Assembly: GCA_040389625.1 (NCBI GenBank)
Contig: JAZJZQ010000084.1
Span: 31,429 to 95,428 of the forward strand
DNA: 64,000 nucleotides
Reading direction: 5' to 3'
DNA from: Pseudomonadota bacterium
GTDB lineage: Bacteria > Pseudomonadota > Gammaproteobacteria > Burkholderiales > Burkholderiaceae_D
Part shown: in pieces, positions 9,896 to 19,340 of the stretch
Numbering within the stretch: position 1 is the first letter of the stretch
How the letters are laid out: every line of letters begins with the position of its first letter
Notes under the pieces: generated by a model
Told to the model about the DNA's origin: nothing
Databases searched by the model: none
Seen by the model: only the letters and a program-made list of their open reading frames with translations
Made by a program: the position numbers and the translations under genes

Positions 9896-11050
9896 ATGAA
9901 ACTTACTCAGGAACATGAGGAAATTCGCCGCACCCTGCAGCGCTTCATCGCCCAGGAAGTCAATCCCTATGTGGACGAGTGGGAGCAGGCCGAGCTCTTT
10001 CCCGCGCACCGGCTGTTCAAGCAAATGGGCGATCTGGGCTTGCTCGGATTGACCAAGCCGGTCGAATTCGGCGGCATGGGCCTGGACTTGTCCTATGGTG
10101 CCGTGCTGGCGGAGACGCTGGGTGAAGTCGATTGCGCCGGCATCCCGCTGGCCATCGGCGTGCAGACGGACATGGCGACTCCTGCCCTGGCCGAGCGCGG
10201 CTCCGACGCGTTGCGCCGGGAATTCCTGATGCCGGCCATCGCCGGGGACATGGTCGCTTGCCTCGGGGTGTCGGAAACCGGTAGCGGTTCGGACGTGGCA
10301 TCGCTGAAGACCACGGCGCGCAAGGATGGCGGCGACTACATCATCAGCGGCGGAAAGATGTGGATCACCAACGGCACGCAGGCCGATTTCTGCGTGGTGC
10401 TGGCCAATACGTCCGACGGCGCCCCGCATCGCAACAAGTCGCTGATCGTGGTGCCGATGCAGACGCGCGGCGTCGAGGTGGCCGGCAAAATCCGCAAGAT
10501 CGGCATGCATGCCTCCGATACCGCGCAACTGTTTTTTGACGAAGTCCGGGTACCGCAGCGCTACCGCATAGGCGAAGAAGGCAAGGGATTCATCTATCAG
10601 ATGGAACAGTTCCAGGCCGAGCGGATCTGGGGCGCGATGAATGCCGTCGGCGTGCTGTCCCAAGTGATCGAGCGGACCATAACCTATGCCCGCGAACGCA
10701 AGGCCTTTGGCCGCTCTATCCTCGATAACCAGTGGGTGCAGTTCAAGCTGGCCGAATACAAGACGGAAGTGGAGGCGTTACGCGCGCTATCGCACCGCGC
10801 AATCGAGATGGTCACGCAAGGGCAGGATGCCACCGAACTGGCTTCCATGGCCAAGCTCAAGGCGGGGCGTCTGATGCGCGAGGTCACCGACGGCTGCCTG
10901 CAGTTCTGGGGCGGAATGGGATTTGCCTGGGAGAGCCGCGTCTCGCGCGCCTATCGCGATGGCCGTCTGCCCTCGATCGGCGGCGGCGCGGACGAAATAA
11001 TGATGCAGATTATTTCCAAGTCCATGGGCACTTTTCCCAAAAATAACTGA
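9896..11050 (+). CDS. atuD: Acyl-CoA dehydrogenase, citronellyl-CoA dehydrogenase-like
   Basis: IGVQTDMATPALA, GSDVASLKT, KMWITNG, NKSLIVVPM and SIGGGADEIM closely resemble AtuD. Confidence 0.85.
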   Translation: MKLTQEHEEIRRTLQRFIAQEVNPYVDEWEQAELFPAHRLFKQMGDLGLLGLTKPVEFGGMGLDLSYGAVLAETLGEVDCAGIPLAIGVQTDMATPALAERGSDALRREFLMPAIAGDMVACLGVSETGSGSDVASLKTTARKDGGDYIISGGKMWITNGTQADFCVVLANTSDGAPHRNKSLIVVPMQTRGVEVAGKIRKIGMHASDTAQLFFDEVRVPQRYRIGEEGKGFIYQMEQFQAERIWGAMNAVGVLSQVIERTITYARERKAFGRSILDNQWVQFKLAEYKTEVEALRALSHRAIEMVTQGQDATELASMAKLKAGRLMREVTDGCLQFWGGMGFAWESRVSRAYRDGRLPSIGGGADEIMMQIISKSMGTFPKNN

Positions 11051-11080
11051 CGTATCACTAGGAAGCTGAACAACTACACC

Positions 11081-13078
11081 ATGACTACCACTTCCCCATA
11101 CCACAAGATCCTGATCGCCAACCGCGGCGAAATCGCGCTGCGCATCATGCGCACGGCCAAATCCATGGGATACCGCACCGTCGCCGTGTTTTCGGCCGCC
11201 GACCGGACCAGCCGCCACGTGCGCGAAGCCGACCAGGCGGTCTACATCGGCGAGGCGCTGCCGGCGCAGTCTTACCTGAACATTCCTGCCATTATCGAGG
11301 CCGCGCGCGTCAGCGGCGCTGACGCGGTCCATCCCGGCTACGGTTTCCTGGCCGAGAATGAAGACTTCGCCATGGCTTGCCGCGATGCCGGCCTGGTCTT
11401 TATCGGCCCTACGCCGGAAGCCATCGTCGCCATGGGCAACAAGGCTGGCGCCAAGAACCTGATGATCGAGGCCGGCGTGCCATGTATTCCAGGCTACCAG
11501 GGCGACGACCAGGGCGAGGAGCGCCTGTGCGCCGAGGCCGGAAAGACCGGCTACCCTGTCATGATCAAGGCCACCGCCGGCGGCGGCGGGCGCGGCATGC
11601 GCCTGGTCTCCCGGGCGGAAGACTTCCTGGCGGCCCTGCGCAGTGCGAAATCCGAAGCGCAAAGCGCATTCGGCAACGCGGAAGTGATCCTTGAGCGCGC
11701 CATCATCAATCCGCGCCATATCGAGATCCAGGTGTTCGCCGACCGCTTCGGCAATGCCATCCACCTTGGCGAACGGGACTGTTCTGTCCAGCGCCGCCAT
11801 CAAAAGGTGGTGGAAGAAGCGCCGTCGCCCGCGGTCGATGCCGGCCTGCGCGCGCGCATGGGGGCCACCGCGGTCAACGCCGTCAAGGCGATACGCTACG
11901 AAGGCGCCGGCACGCTGGAATTCCTGCTCGACACGGAAGGCAATTTCTATTTCATGGAAATGAACACCCGTCTGCAGGTTGAACACCCCGTGACGGAAGC
12001 CATCACCGGCCTCGATCTGGTCGAACTTCAGCTCCGCGTGGCGGCCGGCGAGGCGCTGCCGCTGGCGCAGGAGGATGTGCGCCTGCGCGGCCATGCGATC
12101 GAGGTGCGCCTGTGCGCGGAGGATGCCGGCGCGGGCTTCATGCCGCAGAGCGGCACAATGAGCCTGTGGCGGATGCCGGCCACCATCCGGGCGGAGCATG
12201 GCCTGGAATCCGGCTCCGAGATTTCCCCTTACTACGATTCCATGATCGCCAAGCTGATCAGCTTTGGCGGTTCGCGCGACGAGGCGCGCCGCAAACTGCT
12301 GGCGGCACTGGAAGACACCGTGGCGCTCGGTGTGAAAACCAATCAGAAATTCCTCGCCAGCTGCCTGGCACACCCGGTATTTGCGGCTGGGGGCGCGACC
12401 ACCGCCTTCATCGGCGACCATGGCACCGCCTTGCTGCAGCCCGATGCAGCGCAGGATGCGCGCGCCCACGCGCTGGCCGTGGCCCTGCTGTACGCCACCG
12501 CCAGCGCGCCCGAGGGCACGCGCGCCAGCGCCATTGCGCACCGCCTGCCGATCGCGTTCCGCCTGCAGACCGGGGCTGGCGAGTGTGTCGCCAGCCTGCG
12601 CAACCTGGGCGAGCTGTGCTACGCGGTGGACATGGGCGAGCACCGCTTCGAATTGCAGATCGTGGCGCTGGACGCCGCGCATGCCCGCATCGCGTGCAAT
12701 GGTCTGGTGGAGGGGATGGTATTCAAGCGCCTGGGCAACGAGTTGCTGCTGCAATACCAAGGGGCGGCCTACAGCGTCCAGGACACCACCCACGTGGCGC
12801 AAGCGCGCCAGGGCGAAGGCGGCGGCGACGGCAAGATACGCGCCGCGATGAATGGCCGCGTAGTGGCGGTGCACGTCGCCGAAGGCGAGATGGTCAAAGC
12901 CGGGCAGCCGGTGGTCACGCTGGACGCCATGAAAATGGAACACGTCCACGCGGCGCCCGTGGCCGGCTGTATCAAGGCGCTGCACGTCGTCATGGGCGAC
13001 CAGGTGACGGCTTACCGCGTGGTGGCGGAAGTCGAAGTCGAGGTCGAAGCGGCCCAGCCCTCGGTAGCGAACGGCTGA
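11081..13078 (+). CDS. atuF: Geranyl-CoA carboxylase-like biotin carboxylase/BCCP (alpha) subunit
   Basis: ANRGEIA, HPGYGFLAEN, GGGGRGMR, EMNTRLQVEHPVTE and biotinylation site AMKM. Confidence 0.85.
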   Translation: MTTTSPYHKILIANRGEIALRIMRTAKSMGYRTVAVFSAADRTSRHVREADQAVYIGEALPAQSYLNIPAIIEAARVSGADAVHPGYGFLAENEDFAMACRDAGLVFIGPTPEAIVAMGNKAGAKNLMIEAGVPCIPGYQGDDQGEERLCAEAGKTGYPVMIKATAGGGGRGMRLVSRAEDFLAALRSAKSEAQSAFGNAEVILERAIINPRHIEIQVFADRFGNAIHLGERDCSVQRRHQKVVEEAPSPAVDAGLRARMGATAVNAVKAIRYEGAGTLEFLLDTEGNFYFMEMNTRLQVEHPVTEAITGLDLVELQLRVAAGEALPLAQEDVRLRGHAIEVRLCAEDAGAGFMPQSGTMSLWRMPATIRAEHGLESGSEISPYYDSMIAKLISFGGSRDEARRKLLAALEDTVALGVKTNQKFLASCLAHPVFAAGGATTAFIGDHGTALLQPDAAQDARAHALAVALLYATASAPEGTRASAIAHRLPIAFRLQTGAGECVASLRNLGELCYAVDMGEHRFELQIVALDAAHARIACNGLVEGMVFKRLGNELLLQYQGAAYSVQDTTHVAQARQGEGGGDGKIRAAMNGRVVAVHVAEGEMVKAGQPVVTLDAMKMEHVHAAPVAGCIKALHVVMGDQVTAYRVVAEVEVEVEAAQPSVANG

Positions 13079-13111
13079 GCTATGAGTATCGAATCAGTAA
13101 AGGAGAGACAA

Positions 13112-13888
13112 ATGGACAACCCGGCAGTGCTGCTGGAAAAACGGGGATCGGCATACTGGATCACCCTGAACCGGCCGGACAAGCGCAATGCGATCAACCA
13201 GGACGTCATCGACGGCATCTGCGCCGGCCTGAGCCAGGCCCACCGGGATCCGGAAGTGCGGGCCATCGTGTTGACCGGCAACGGCGAGAAGGCTTTCTGC
13301 GCGGGTGCGGACCTGCAGCCGGGCAAGGGCTTCGCGTTCGACTACGCCAGGCCGACCACCCCGTATGCGGACCTGCTGCGGCAGGCAAAGAACGCGACGC
13401 TGCCGATCGTGGCCCGCATCAACGGCGCCTGCCTGGCCGGCGGCATGGGCTTGCTGTGCATCGCCGACATGGCGGTTGCCGCCGACACGGCGCTGTTCGG
13501 CTTGCCCGAGGTCAAGGTCGGGGTGTTCCCCATGCAGGTGCTGAGCCTGCTGCAAGACCTGGCGCCCCAGCGCATCGTCAGGGAGTGGTGCATCACCGGC
13601 GAACCGTTCGACGCGGCCACCGCGCTGGCGCACGGACTGGTCAACCATGTGGTGCCGGCAGCCGAACTCGATGCCCGGACCAACCGGTTACTCGATCGCA
13701 TATTGGACAAATCGCCGACGGCTATCCGCCGCGGCAAGTACGCGATGCGGGCACTGGCGGCCATGTCGTTCGACGAGGGCATCGCCTTTACGGAAAGCCA
13801 GATTGCGCTGCTGCCGCAGACCGAGGATGGCAGGGAAGGACTGGCCGCCTTTAATGAAAAACGCAAGCCGGTATGGACCGGCCGCTAA
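13112..13888 (+). CDS. Enoyl-CoA hydratase/isomerase (probable AtuE equivalent)
   Basis: LNRPDKRNA, AFCAGADL and FGLPEVKVG; first catalytic Glu replaced (GGMGL) as in glutaconyl-type hydratases; AGGAG RBS. Confidence 0.85.
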   Translation: MDNPAVLLEKRGSAYWITLNRPDKRNAINQDVIDGICAGLSQAHRDPEVRAIVLTGNGEKAFCAGADLQPGKGFAFDYARPTTPYADLLRQAKNATLPIVARINGACLAGGMGLLCIADMAVAADTALFGLPEVKVGVFPMQVLSLLQDLAPQRIVREWCITGEPFDAATALAHGLVNHVVPAAELDARTNRLLDRILDKSPTAIRRGKYAMRALAAMSFDEGIAFTESQIALLPQTEDGREGLAAFNEKRKPVWTGR

Positions 13889-13899
13889 GGGGAGCGACA

Positions 13900-15705
13900 A
13901 TGACTAATGCAATCGACAAGGTAGTCCGGATCGGCGGGGCGTCCGGCTTCTGGGGCGACAGTTCGGTCGGCGCACCGCAACTGGTGCAGGGTGCGGACAT
14001 CGATTACCTGGTGTTCGACTACCTGGCCGAACTGACCATGGCCATTCTTGCTTCGGCGCGCAGCAAAAAGCCCGAACTGGGCTACGCGACCGATTTCGTC
14101 GACGTCGCCATGAAGAATGTGCTGGCCGAGGTGGCGGCACGGGGTATCAAGGTGGTCACCAACGCGGGCGGCATCAATCCTCAAGGCTGCGCGGACGCGC
14201 TGGGCCGTCTGGCCCAGGAATTGGGCGTGAAATTGAAGATCGCCGTGGTCGAAGGCGACGATGTGAGCGCGCTGCTGCCGGCCCTGCGCGAGGCCGGCCA
14301 GACCGATATGTTCACCGGCGAGGCGCTGCCAGCGCGCATCCTGAGCGCCAACGCCTATCTGGGCGCTTTCCCGGTGGCGCAAGCGTTGGCCGCGGGGGCG
14401 GATGTGGTGATTACCGGACGCTGCGTCGACAGCGCGGTGACGCTGGGCCCGTTGATCCATGAATTCGGCTGGCGCGAAACTGACTACGACCTGCTGGCGG
14501 CGGGCAGCCTGGCCGGCCATATCATCGAGTGCGGCTGCCAGGCCACCGGCGGCCTGCATACTGATTGGGAAGCGGTGCCCGACTGGGCCAACATCGGCTA
14601 TCCAGTGATTGAATGTAGCGCCGATGGCAGCGTGGTGGTCACCAAACCGAAGGGAACCGGCGGCAGTGTGATCGAGGCGGCCGTTGCGGAACAGATCCTG
14701 TACGAGATCGGCGATCCCGGCGCCTACGTCCTGCCGGACGTCGTGTGCGACTTCCGCCAGGTGCGGGTCACCCAGCAAGGTGAAGACCGCGTGGCCGTAT
14801 CGGGCGCCCGTGGCTTTGCGCCGACGAGCTCGTACAAGGTGTCGGCCACCTACATGGATGGCTACCGCAGCAATGGCACCATGGTCATCGTCGGCATCGA
14901 CGCCGTCGCCAAGGCCAGGCGCACCGGGCAAGCCATCATCGAACGCACCCAGGCCATGTTCGAGAAGGCCGGCCTGTCGGACTACAGCGCCACGCATGTC
15001 GAAGTGATCGGGGCGGAAAGCCTGTACGGGCCGCACGCGCGCACGACCAAGGCGCGCGAAGTGATGATGCGGGTCGCGGTCAACCATCCAATGAAGCCGG
15101 CGCTGGAGATCTTTGCGCGGGAAATCGCGCCGGCCGGTACGTCGTGGGCGCCGGGAACCACCGGGCCCGCGCTGTCCCGCCCATCGGCCTCGCCGCTGAT
15201 CAAGCAGTTTGCCTTTACGCTGCTCAAATACAAGGTTCCCGTCAACATCGTCATGGACGGTGAAACGCGGCCGGTGCGCATCGCGGTGGAGGGCGGCTAC
15301 CAGCCGCAGGCCATGGGGGCGGATGCGGAGCCGATGCCGGCCGCACCGGCGCCGGCTGTGCCGGACGCCGTGCTGGTGCCCCTGATTAAGCTGGCCTATG
15401 CGCGCAGCGGCGACAAGGGCAACATCTCCAATATCGGCGTCATCGCGCGGAAGCCGGAATACCTGCCCTTGATCCTGGACCAGGTGACGCCAGCGGTGGT
15501 CGGCCAATACTTTGCCCACCTGGTGTCGGGCAAGGTGCTGCGCTATCTCGTTCCGGGTCTCAATGCCTGCAATTTCATGCTGTACGAGGCATTGGACGGT
15601 GGTGGCACCGCATCGATGCGCATGGACCCGCTGGGCAAGGGCATGGGGCAGATGTTGCTCGATCTGCCGGTGCCGGTGCCCCGTAGCTTGGCCGCGACAC
15701 TCTGA
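13900..15705 (+). CDS. atuA: Acyclic terpene utilization AtuA family protein
   Basis: GASGFWGD, DYLAELTM, NAGGINP, GHIIECGCQATGG, ARSGDKG and DPLGKG motifs. Confidence 0.93.
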   Translation: MTNAIDKVVRIGGASGFWGDSSVGAPQLVQGADIDYLVFDYLAELTMAILASARSKKPELGYATDFVDVAMKNVLAEVAARGIKVVTNAGGINPQGCADALGRLAQELGVKLKIAVVEGDDVSALLPALREAGQTDMFTGEALPARILSANAYLGAFPVAQALAAGADVVITGRCVDSAVTLGPLIHEFGWRETDYDLLAAGSLAGHIIECGCQATGGLHTDWEAVPDWANIGYPVIECSADGSVVVTKPKGTGGSVIEAAVAEQILYEIGDPGAYVLPDVVCDFRQVRVTQQGEDRVAVSGARGFAPTSSYKVSATYMDGYRSNGTMVIVGIDAVAKARRTGQAIIERTQAMFEKAGLSDYSATHVEVIGAESLYGPHARTTKAREVMMRVAVNHPMKPALEIFAREIAPAGTSWAPGTTGPALSRPSASPLIKQFAFTLLKYKVPVNIVMDGETRPVRIAVEGGYQPQAMGADAEPMPAAPAPAVPDAVLVPLIKLAYARSGDKGNISNIGVIARKPEYLPLILDQVTPAVVGQYFAHLVSGKVLRYLVPGLNACNFMLYEALDGGGTASMRMDPLGKGMGQMLLDLPVPVPRSLAATL

Positions 15706-15738
15706 AACACACGATAACGATGAAATTGGGAGAGAACT

Positions 15739-16566
15739 GTGCAACTTGATTTTGACTTCGCCGGCAAGCACGTGGTGGTGTTCGGCGGAACCACCGGCAT
15801 CAACTTCGGCATCGCCCAGGCGTTCGCCAGGCAGGGCGCCGCCGTCACGGTGGCGAGCCGCAAGCAGGAAAACGTGGATGCGGCTTGTGCCGAACTGCGC
15901 AAATTCGGCGCGCCCGTCTTCGGTGCCAGCGCCGACGTGCGCGATTTCGAGGCCGTCGGCAAGGCCCTGGACGAGGCCGTGCAGCGGCTGGGCGCCATCG
16001 ACGTGCTGGTGTCCGGCGCGGCCGGCAACTTCCTGTGTGAAGCGAAAGACATGTCGGCCAACGGTTTTCGCGTAGTCATCGACATCGACCTGGTGGGCTC
16101 GTTCCACGTCTTGCGCCAGGCCTACCGCCACCTGCGTAAGCCGGGCGCCGCGGTCATCAACATCACGGCGCCGCAATCGTTTATTCCGATGCGTTACCAG
16201 GCGCATGCGGGCGCGGCGAAAGCGGGGATAGACCAGCTGACCCGCACACTGGCCCTGGAGTGGGGCATCGACGGCATCCGGATCAATTCGATTTCGCCCG
16301 GGCCGATCGATGGCACCGAGGGCTTCCGTAAATTGATGGCCAACGATGCCCAGCAGCGCGAGCGCGCGGTGGAGGCGGTCCCGTTGAAGCGCATCGGTAC
16401 GCTCGACGATATTGCCAACCTGGCGCTGTTCCTCGGTTCGCCTTATGCCGGCTATATCTCCGGCGCCCTGATTCCGTGCGATGGCGGGGGCGCGCTGGAA
16501 AGCGTGAAGCCGCCGCTGGAAGCGGCCGGCGCGGCGCTGGCGCGCCAGGCCAGAGGGGAGGCTTGA
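15739..16566 (+). CDS. SDR oxidoreductase, 2,4-dienoyl-CoA-reductase-like subgroup
   Basis: [25 protein letters not shown] and LALEWG motifs; GTG start after GGGAG. Confidence 0.85.
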   Translation: MQLDFDFAGKHVVVFGGTTGINFGIAQAFARQGAAVTVASRKQENVDAACAELRKFGAPVFGASADVRDFEAVGKALDEAVQRLGAIDVLVSGAAGNFLCEAKDMSANGFRVVIDIDLVGSFHVLRQAYRHLRKPGAAVINITAPQSFIPMRYQAHAGAAKAGIDQLTRTLALEWGIDGIRINSISPGPIDGTEGFRKLMANDAQQRERAVEAVPLKRIGTLDDIANLALFLGSPYAGYISGALIPCDGGGALESVKPPLEAAGAALARQARGEA

Positions 16567-16567
16567 G

Positions 16568-17317
16568 ATGAAGATCATGGTCCCTGTCAAACGCGTCGTC
16601 GATTTCAACGTCAAGCTACGGGTGAAAGCCGACGGCACCGGAGTGGAACTGGCCAACATCAAGATGGCGATCAACCCATTCGATGAGATTGCCGTGGAGG
16701 AAGCCACCCGCCTCAAAGAGCGCGGCGCGGCGGCCGAAGTGGTGGCGGTGTCCTGTGGCGTGGCGCAGTGCCAGGAAACGCTGCGCACGGCGATGGCGAT
16801 CGGTGCCGACCGCGGCATCCTGGTCGAGAGCGACGCCGAGCTGCAACCGCTGGCCGTGGCCAAGCTGCTGAAGGCAGTGGCGGCCAAGGAACAGCCGCAA
16901 CTGATTATCCTCGGCAAGCAAGCCGTCGACGACGATTGCAATCAGACCGGACAGATGTTGGCGGCGCTGCTGGGCTGGCCGCAGGCCACCTTTGCATCGC
17001 AGTTGTCCATCGAAGGGGACAAGGCGCTCGTCACGCGCGAGGTCGATGGCGGCCTCGAGACCGTGTCGCTCACCTTGCCGGCCGTGATCACCACGGACCT
17101 GCGGCTGAACGAGCCGCGCTATGTGACGCTGCCGAACATCATGAAGGCGAAGAAAAAGGCGCTGGAAACCGTCACGCCGGCCATGCTCGGCGTCGACGTG
17201 GCGCCGCGCATCCAGACCCTCAAGGTGAGCGAGCCGCCGGCCCGCGCCGCCGGGATCAGGGTGCCCGATGTTCCCGCCTTGCTCGACAAGCTCAGGAACG
17301 ATGCCAAGGTCATTTAA
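16568..17317 (+). CDS. etfB: Electron transfer flavoprotein beta subunit
   Basis: [25 protein letters not shown] and DLRLNEPRY motifs. Confidence 0.96.
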   Translation: MKIMVPVKRVVDFNVKLRVKADGTGVELANIKMAINPFDEIAVEEATRLKERGAAAEVVAVSCGVAQCQETLRTAMAIGADRGILVESDAELQPLAVAKLLKAVAAKEQPQLIILGKQAVDDDCNQTGQMLAALLGWPQATFASQLSIEGDKALVTREVDGGLETVSLTLPAVITTDLRLNEPRYVTLPNIMKAKKKALETVTPAMLGVDVAPRIQTLKVSEPPARAAGIRVPDVPALLDKLRNDAKVI

Positions 17318-17368
17318 ACCACCAGCGTAGCCGCATCGGGCGACCGGCATCCGGCTCAGGAGTCCACC

Positions 17369-17545
17369 ATGGATAAGCAACGCATCCGTCAACTCATACG
17401 TGCCTGGATGGCGCAGCGCAGGGACCATCCCGAACCGCTGCCGTCGCTGGAGCAAATCCGTCGCGCCGTGGGCTGGGCTGAAGAGGACCGGCCCGCGGAT
17501 TGTACGGCCGAGTCCCCGATTGCCCTGGCACCGGTCGCGGCTTGA
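17369..17545 (+). CDS. 58-aa small protein MDKQRIRQLIRAWMAQRRDHPEPLPSLEQIRRAVGWAEEDRPADCTAESPIALAPVAA
   Basis: Translated by hand (below the ORF-track cutoff); CAGGAG RBS 6 nt before ATG; fills most of the etfB-etfA gap. Confidence 0.6.
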   Translation: MDKQRIRQLIRAWMAQRRDHPEPLPSLEQIRRAVGWAEEDRPADCTAESPIALAPVAA

Positions 17546-17579
17546 ATCTCCCGCTCAACCTGAACCTATATTTCACGTC

Positions 17580-18509
17580 ATGAAAACACTCGTTATTGCA
17601 GAACACGACAACGCCTCCCTGAAAGGCTGCACGCTCAATACCGTCACCGCCGCGACCCAGTGTGGCGCGGAGGTCCATGTGTTGGTGGCCGGCCATCATG
17701 CCAGCGCCGTCGCCGAGGCCGCCTCGCGCATCACCGGCGTGGCCAAAGTCCTGGTGGCCGATGCGGCCCACCTGGCCGACGGCATGGCTGAAAACATGGC
17801 GGCGCAAATCGTCGCCGTCGCCGGCCATTACTCGCACATCCTGGCGCCTGCCACCGCTTACGGCAAGAATTTCCTGCCGCGGGTGGCCGCCTTGCTCGAC
17901 GTCGGGCAAGTGTCCGACATCACCCGGGTGGTGAGCGCCGATACGTTTGAACGGCCGATATACGCTGGCAATGCGATCGCAACCGTTCGCTCGGCCGAGT
18001 CCGTCAAGGTCATCACGGTCCGCACGACCGGCTTCGATGCCGCGTCAGAAGACGGCAAGGCGACGGTGGAGGCGATCGCCGCGGTGCCGGACTGCGGCGG
18101 TGCCGCGCTGACGTCGCGGCAGTTGACACGCTCCGAGCGTCCCGAACTGAGCGCCGCCAAGACGATCGTCGCCGGCGGACGTGGCATGGGTTCCGGCGAC
18201 GCTTTCAAGATCCTCGAGCCGTTGGCGGACAAGTTGGGCGCCGCGATGGGGGCGTCCCGGGCCGCGGTCGATGCGGGTTTCGTGCCGAACGACTGGCAGG
18301 TTGGACAGACCGGCAAGATCGTGGCGCCACAGCTGTACATCGCGGTGGGCATTTCCGGCGCGATCCAGCATTTGGCCGGGATGAAGGATTCGAAGACCAT
18401 CGTGGCGATCAACAAAGATCCTGAAGCCCCCATTTTTGCGGTGGCCGACTACGGTATCGTCGGCGACCTGTTCGACATTGTGCCGCAATTGGCGGCCGCT
18501 TTACCTTGA
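17580..18509 (+). CDS. etfA: Electron transfer flavoprotein alpha subunit
   Basis: RPIYAGNA, GASRAAVDAG, QVGQTGK, GISGAIQHLAG and AINKD motifs. Confidence 0.96.
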   Translation: MKTLVIAEHDNASLKGCTLNTVTAATQCGAEVHVLVAGHHASAVAEAASRITGVAKVLVADAAHLADGMAENMAAQIVAVAGHYSHILAPATAYGKNFLPRVAALLDVGQVSDITRVVSADTFERPIYAGNAIATVRSAESVKVITVRTTGFDAASEDGKATVEAIAAVPDCGGAALTSRQLTRSERPELSAAKTIVAGGRGMGSGDAFKILEPLADKLGAAMGASRAAVDAGFVPNDWQVGQTGKIVAPQLYIAVGISGAIQHLAGMKDSKTIVAINKDPEAPIFAVADYGIVGDLFDIVPQLAAALP

Positions 18510-18680
18510 ATCGCAGGGAACTGAAAACATGACTATCGTAGCGCACTTTTTATTTTGCACCGCAACCCAGAAATGGCCACCGCCGGTGCTGCAAGCCGTA
18601 CTGCCATCGGACCTGATCGGGGACGAGATCTAGCACCTGCCCCGATCGCTGCCGTGGCCCGCGATGGCGGGCCACGGTCA

Positions 18681-19142
18681 TCAGATCTGCTGGTAGACGC
18701 CACACAGGACGATGATGTCACCGGCCTTTTCGAAGTAGCTTGCCTTGTGCTCGATGGCCGATGAAACCGGATCCACCCATTTGTAGTTGACCCATCCCTT
18801 ACCCTTGGCATTGGCCAGCGCGTAAATTTCCTGGACGAAGTACCTGCCGTCCGCATCCCGTATATTCATCATGGCTTTGCCCACGATTCTTGGGTTGCCG
18901 CCGTGGGCCAGCATATTGCCTTCGAGATCGCCGACAACGATGTAGAGGTCGCGATCCTTGAATGCGCTGCTGGACTTGTTGAACTCGGCAAACGCTTTTT
19001 CCTGGCCGTGCGTCTTGATGTAAGTGACGGCTTTTTTTACCAGCGCGACCGCGTCGTCCGGGGAACCGTGTTCCGCGGCCTGGATGGATGCGCTGAATGC
19101 CAGCGCGGCGATGCAATAGGCGATCCGCTTGAATATCTTCAT
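18681..19142 (-). CDS. Stand-alone periplasmic single Cache (sCache_2) domain protein
   Basis: Sec signal ending IQA; FKDRDLY, LAHG, DADG, GKGWVNYKW and K-SY motifs; no TM or output domain. Confidence 0.85.
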   Translation of the reverse strand: MKIFKRIAYCIAALAFSASIQAAEHGSPDDAVALVKKAVTYIKTHGQEKAFAEFNKSSSAFKDRDLYIVVGDLEGNMLAHGGNPRIVGKAMMNIRDADGRYFVQEIYALANAKGKGWVNYKWVDPVSSAIEHKASYFEKAGDIIVLCGVYQQI

Positions 19143-19340
19143 GACTGTGCTCCTGTTGTTGGTTTGGTTGGTCTGGCCGGCAGGGAGGTTTCCCGGCCAG
19201 CAGGACAGTGTTGGCGAACGGGCTGCCGCGCGTCTTGCGTCAGCCTGCTATGCGCCGCCATGCAGCCAGTAGACGCAAGCTGCGCACCACCCGGACTGCT
19301 ATCTTGAGCGCCTTTGACCTAGCGGAAAGGATGAGCAAAG

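Noticed and set aside
13885-16941. 1018-aa minus-strand ORF, and similar long antisense ORFs at 10787-12985, 38861-41248 and 46221-48455
   Set aside because: Each overlaps recognisable genes on the opposite strand and shows no domain signal
18529-18633. Short ORF MTIVAHFLF... after etfA, possibly a gene remnant
   Set aside because: Only 34 codons with no recognisable motif; cannot be supported
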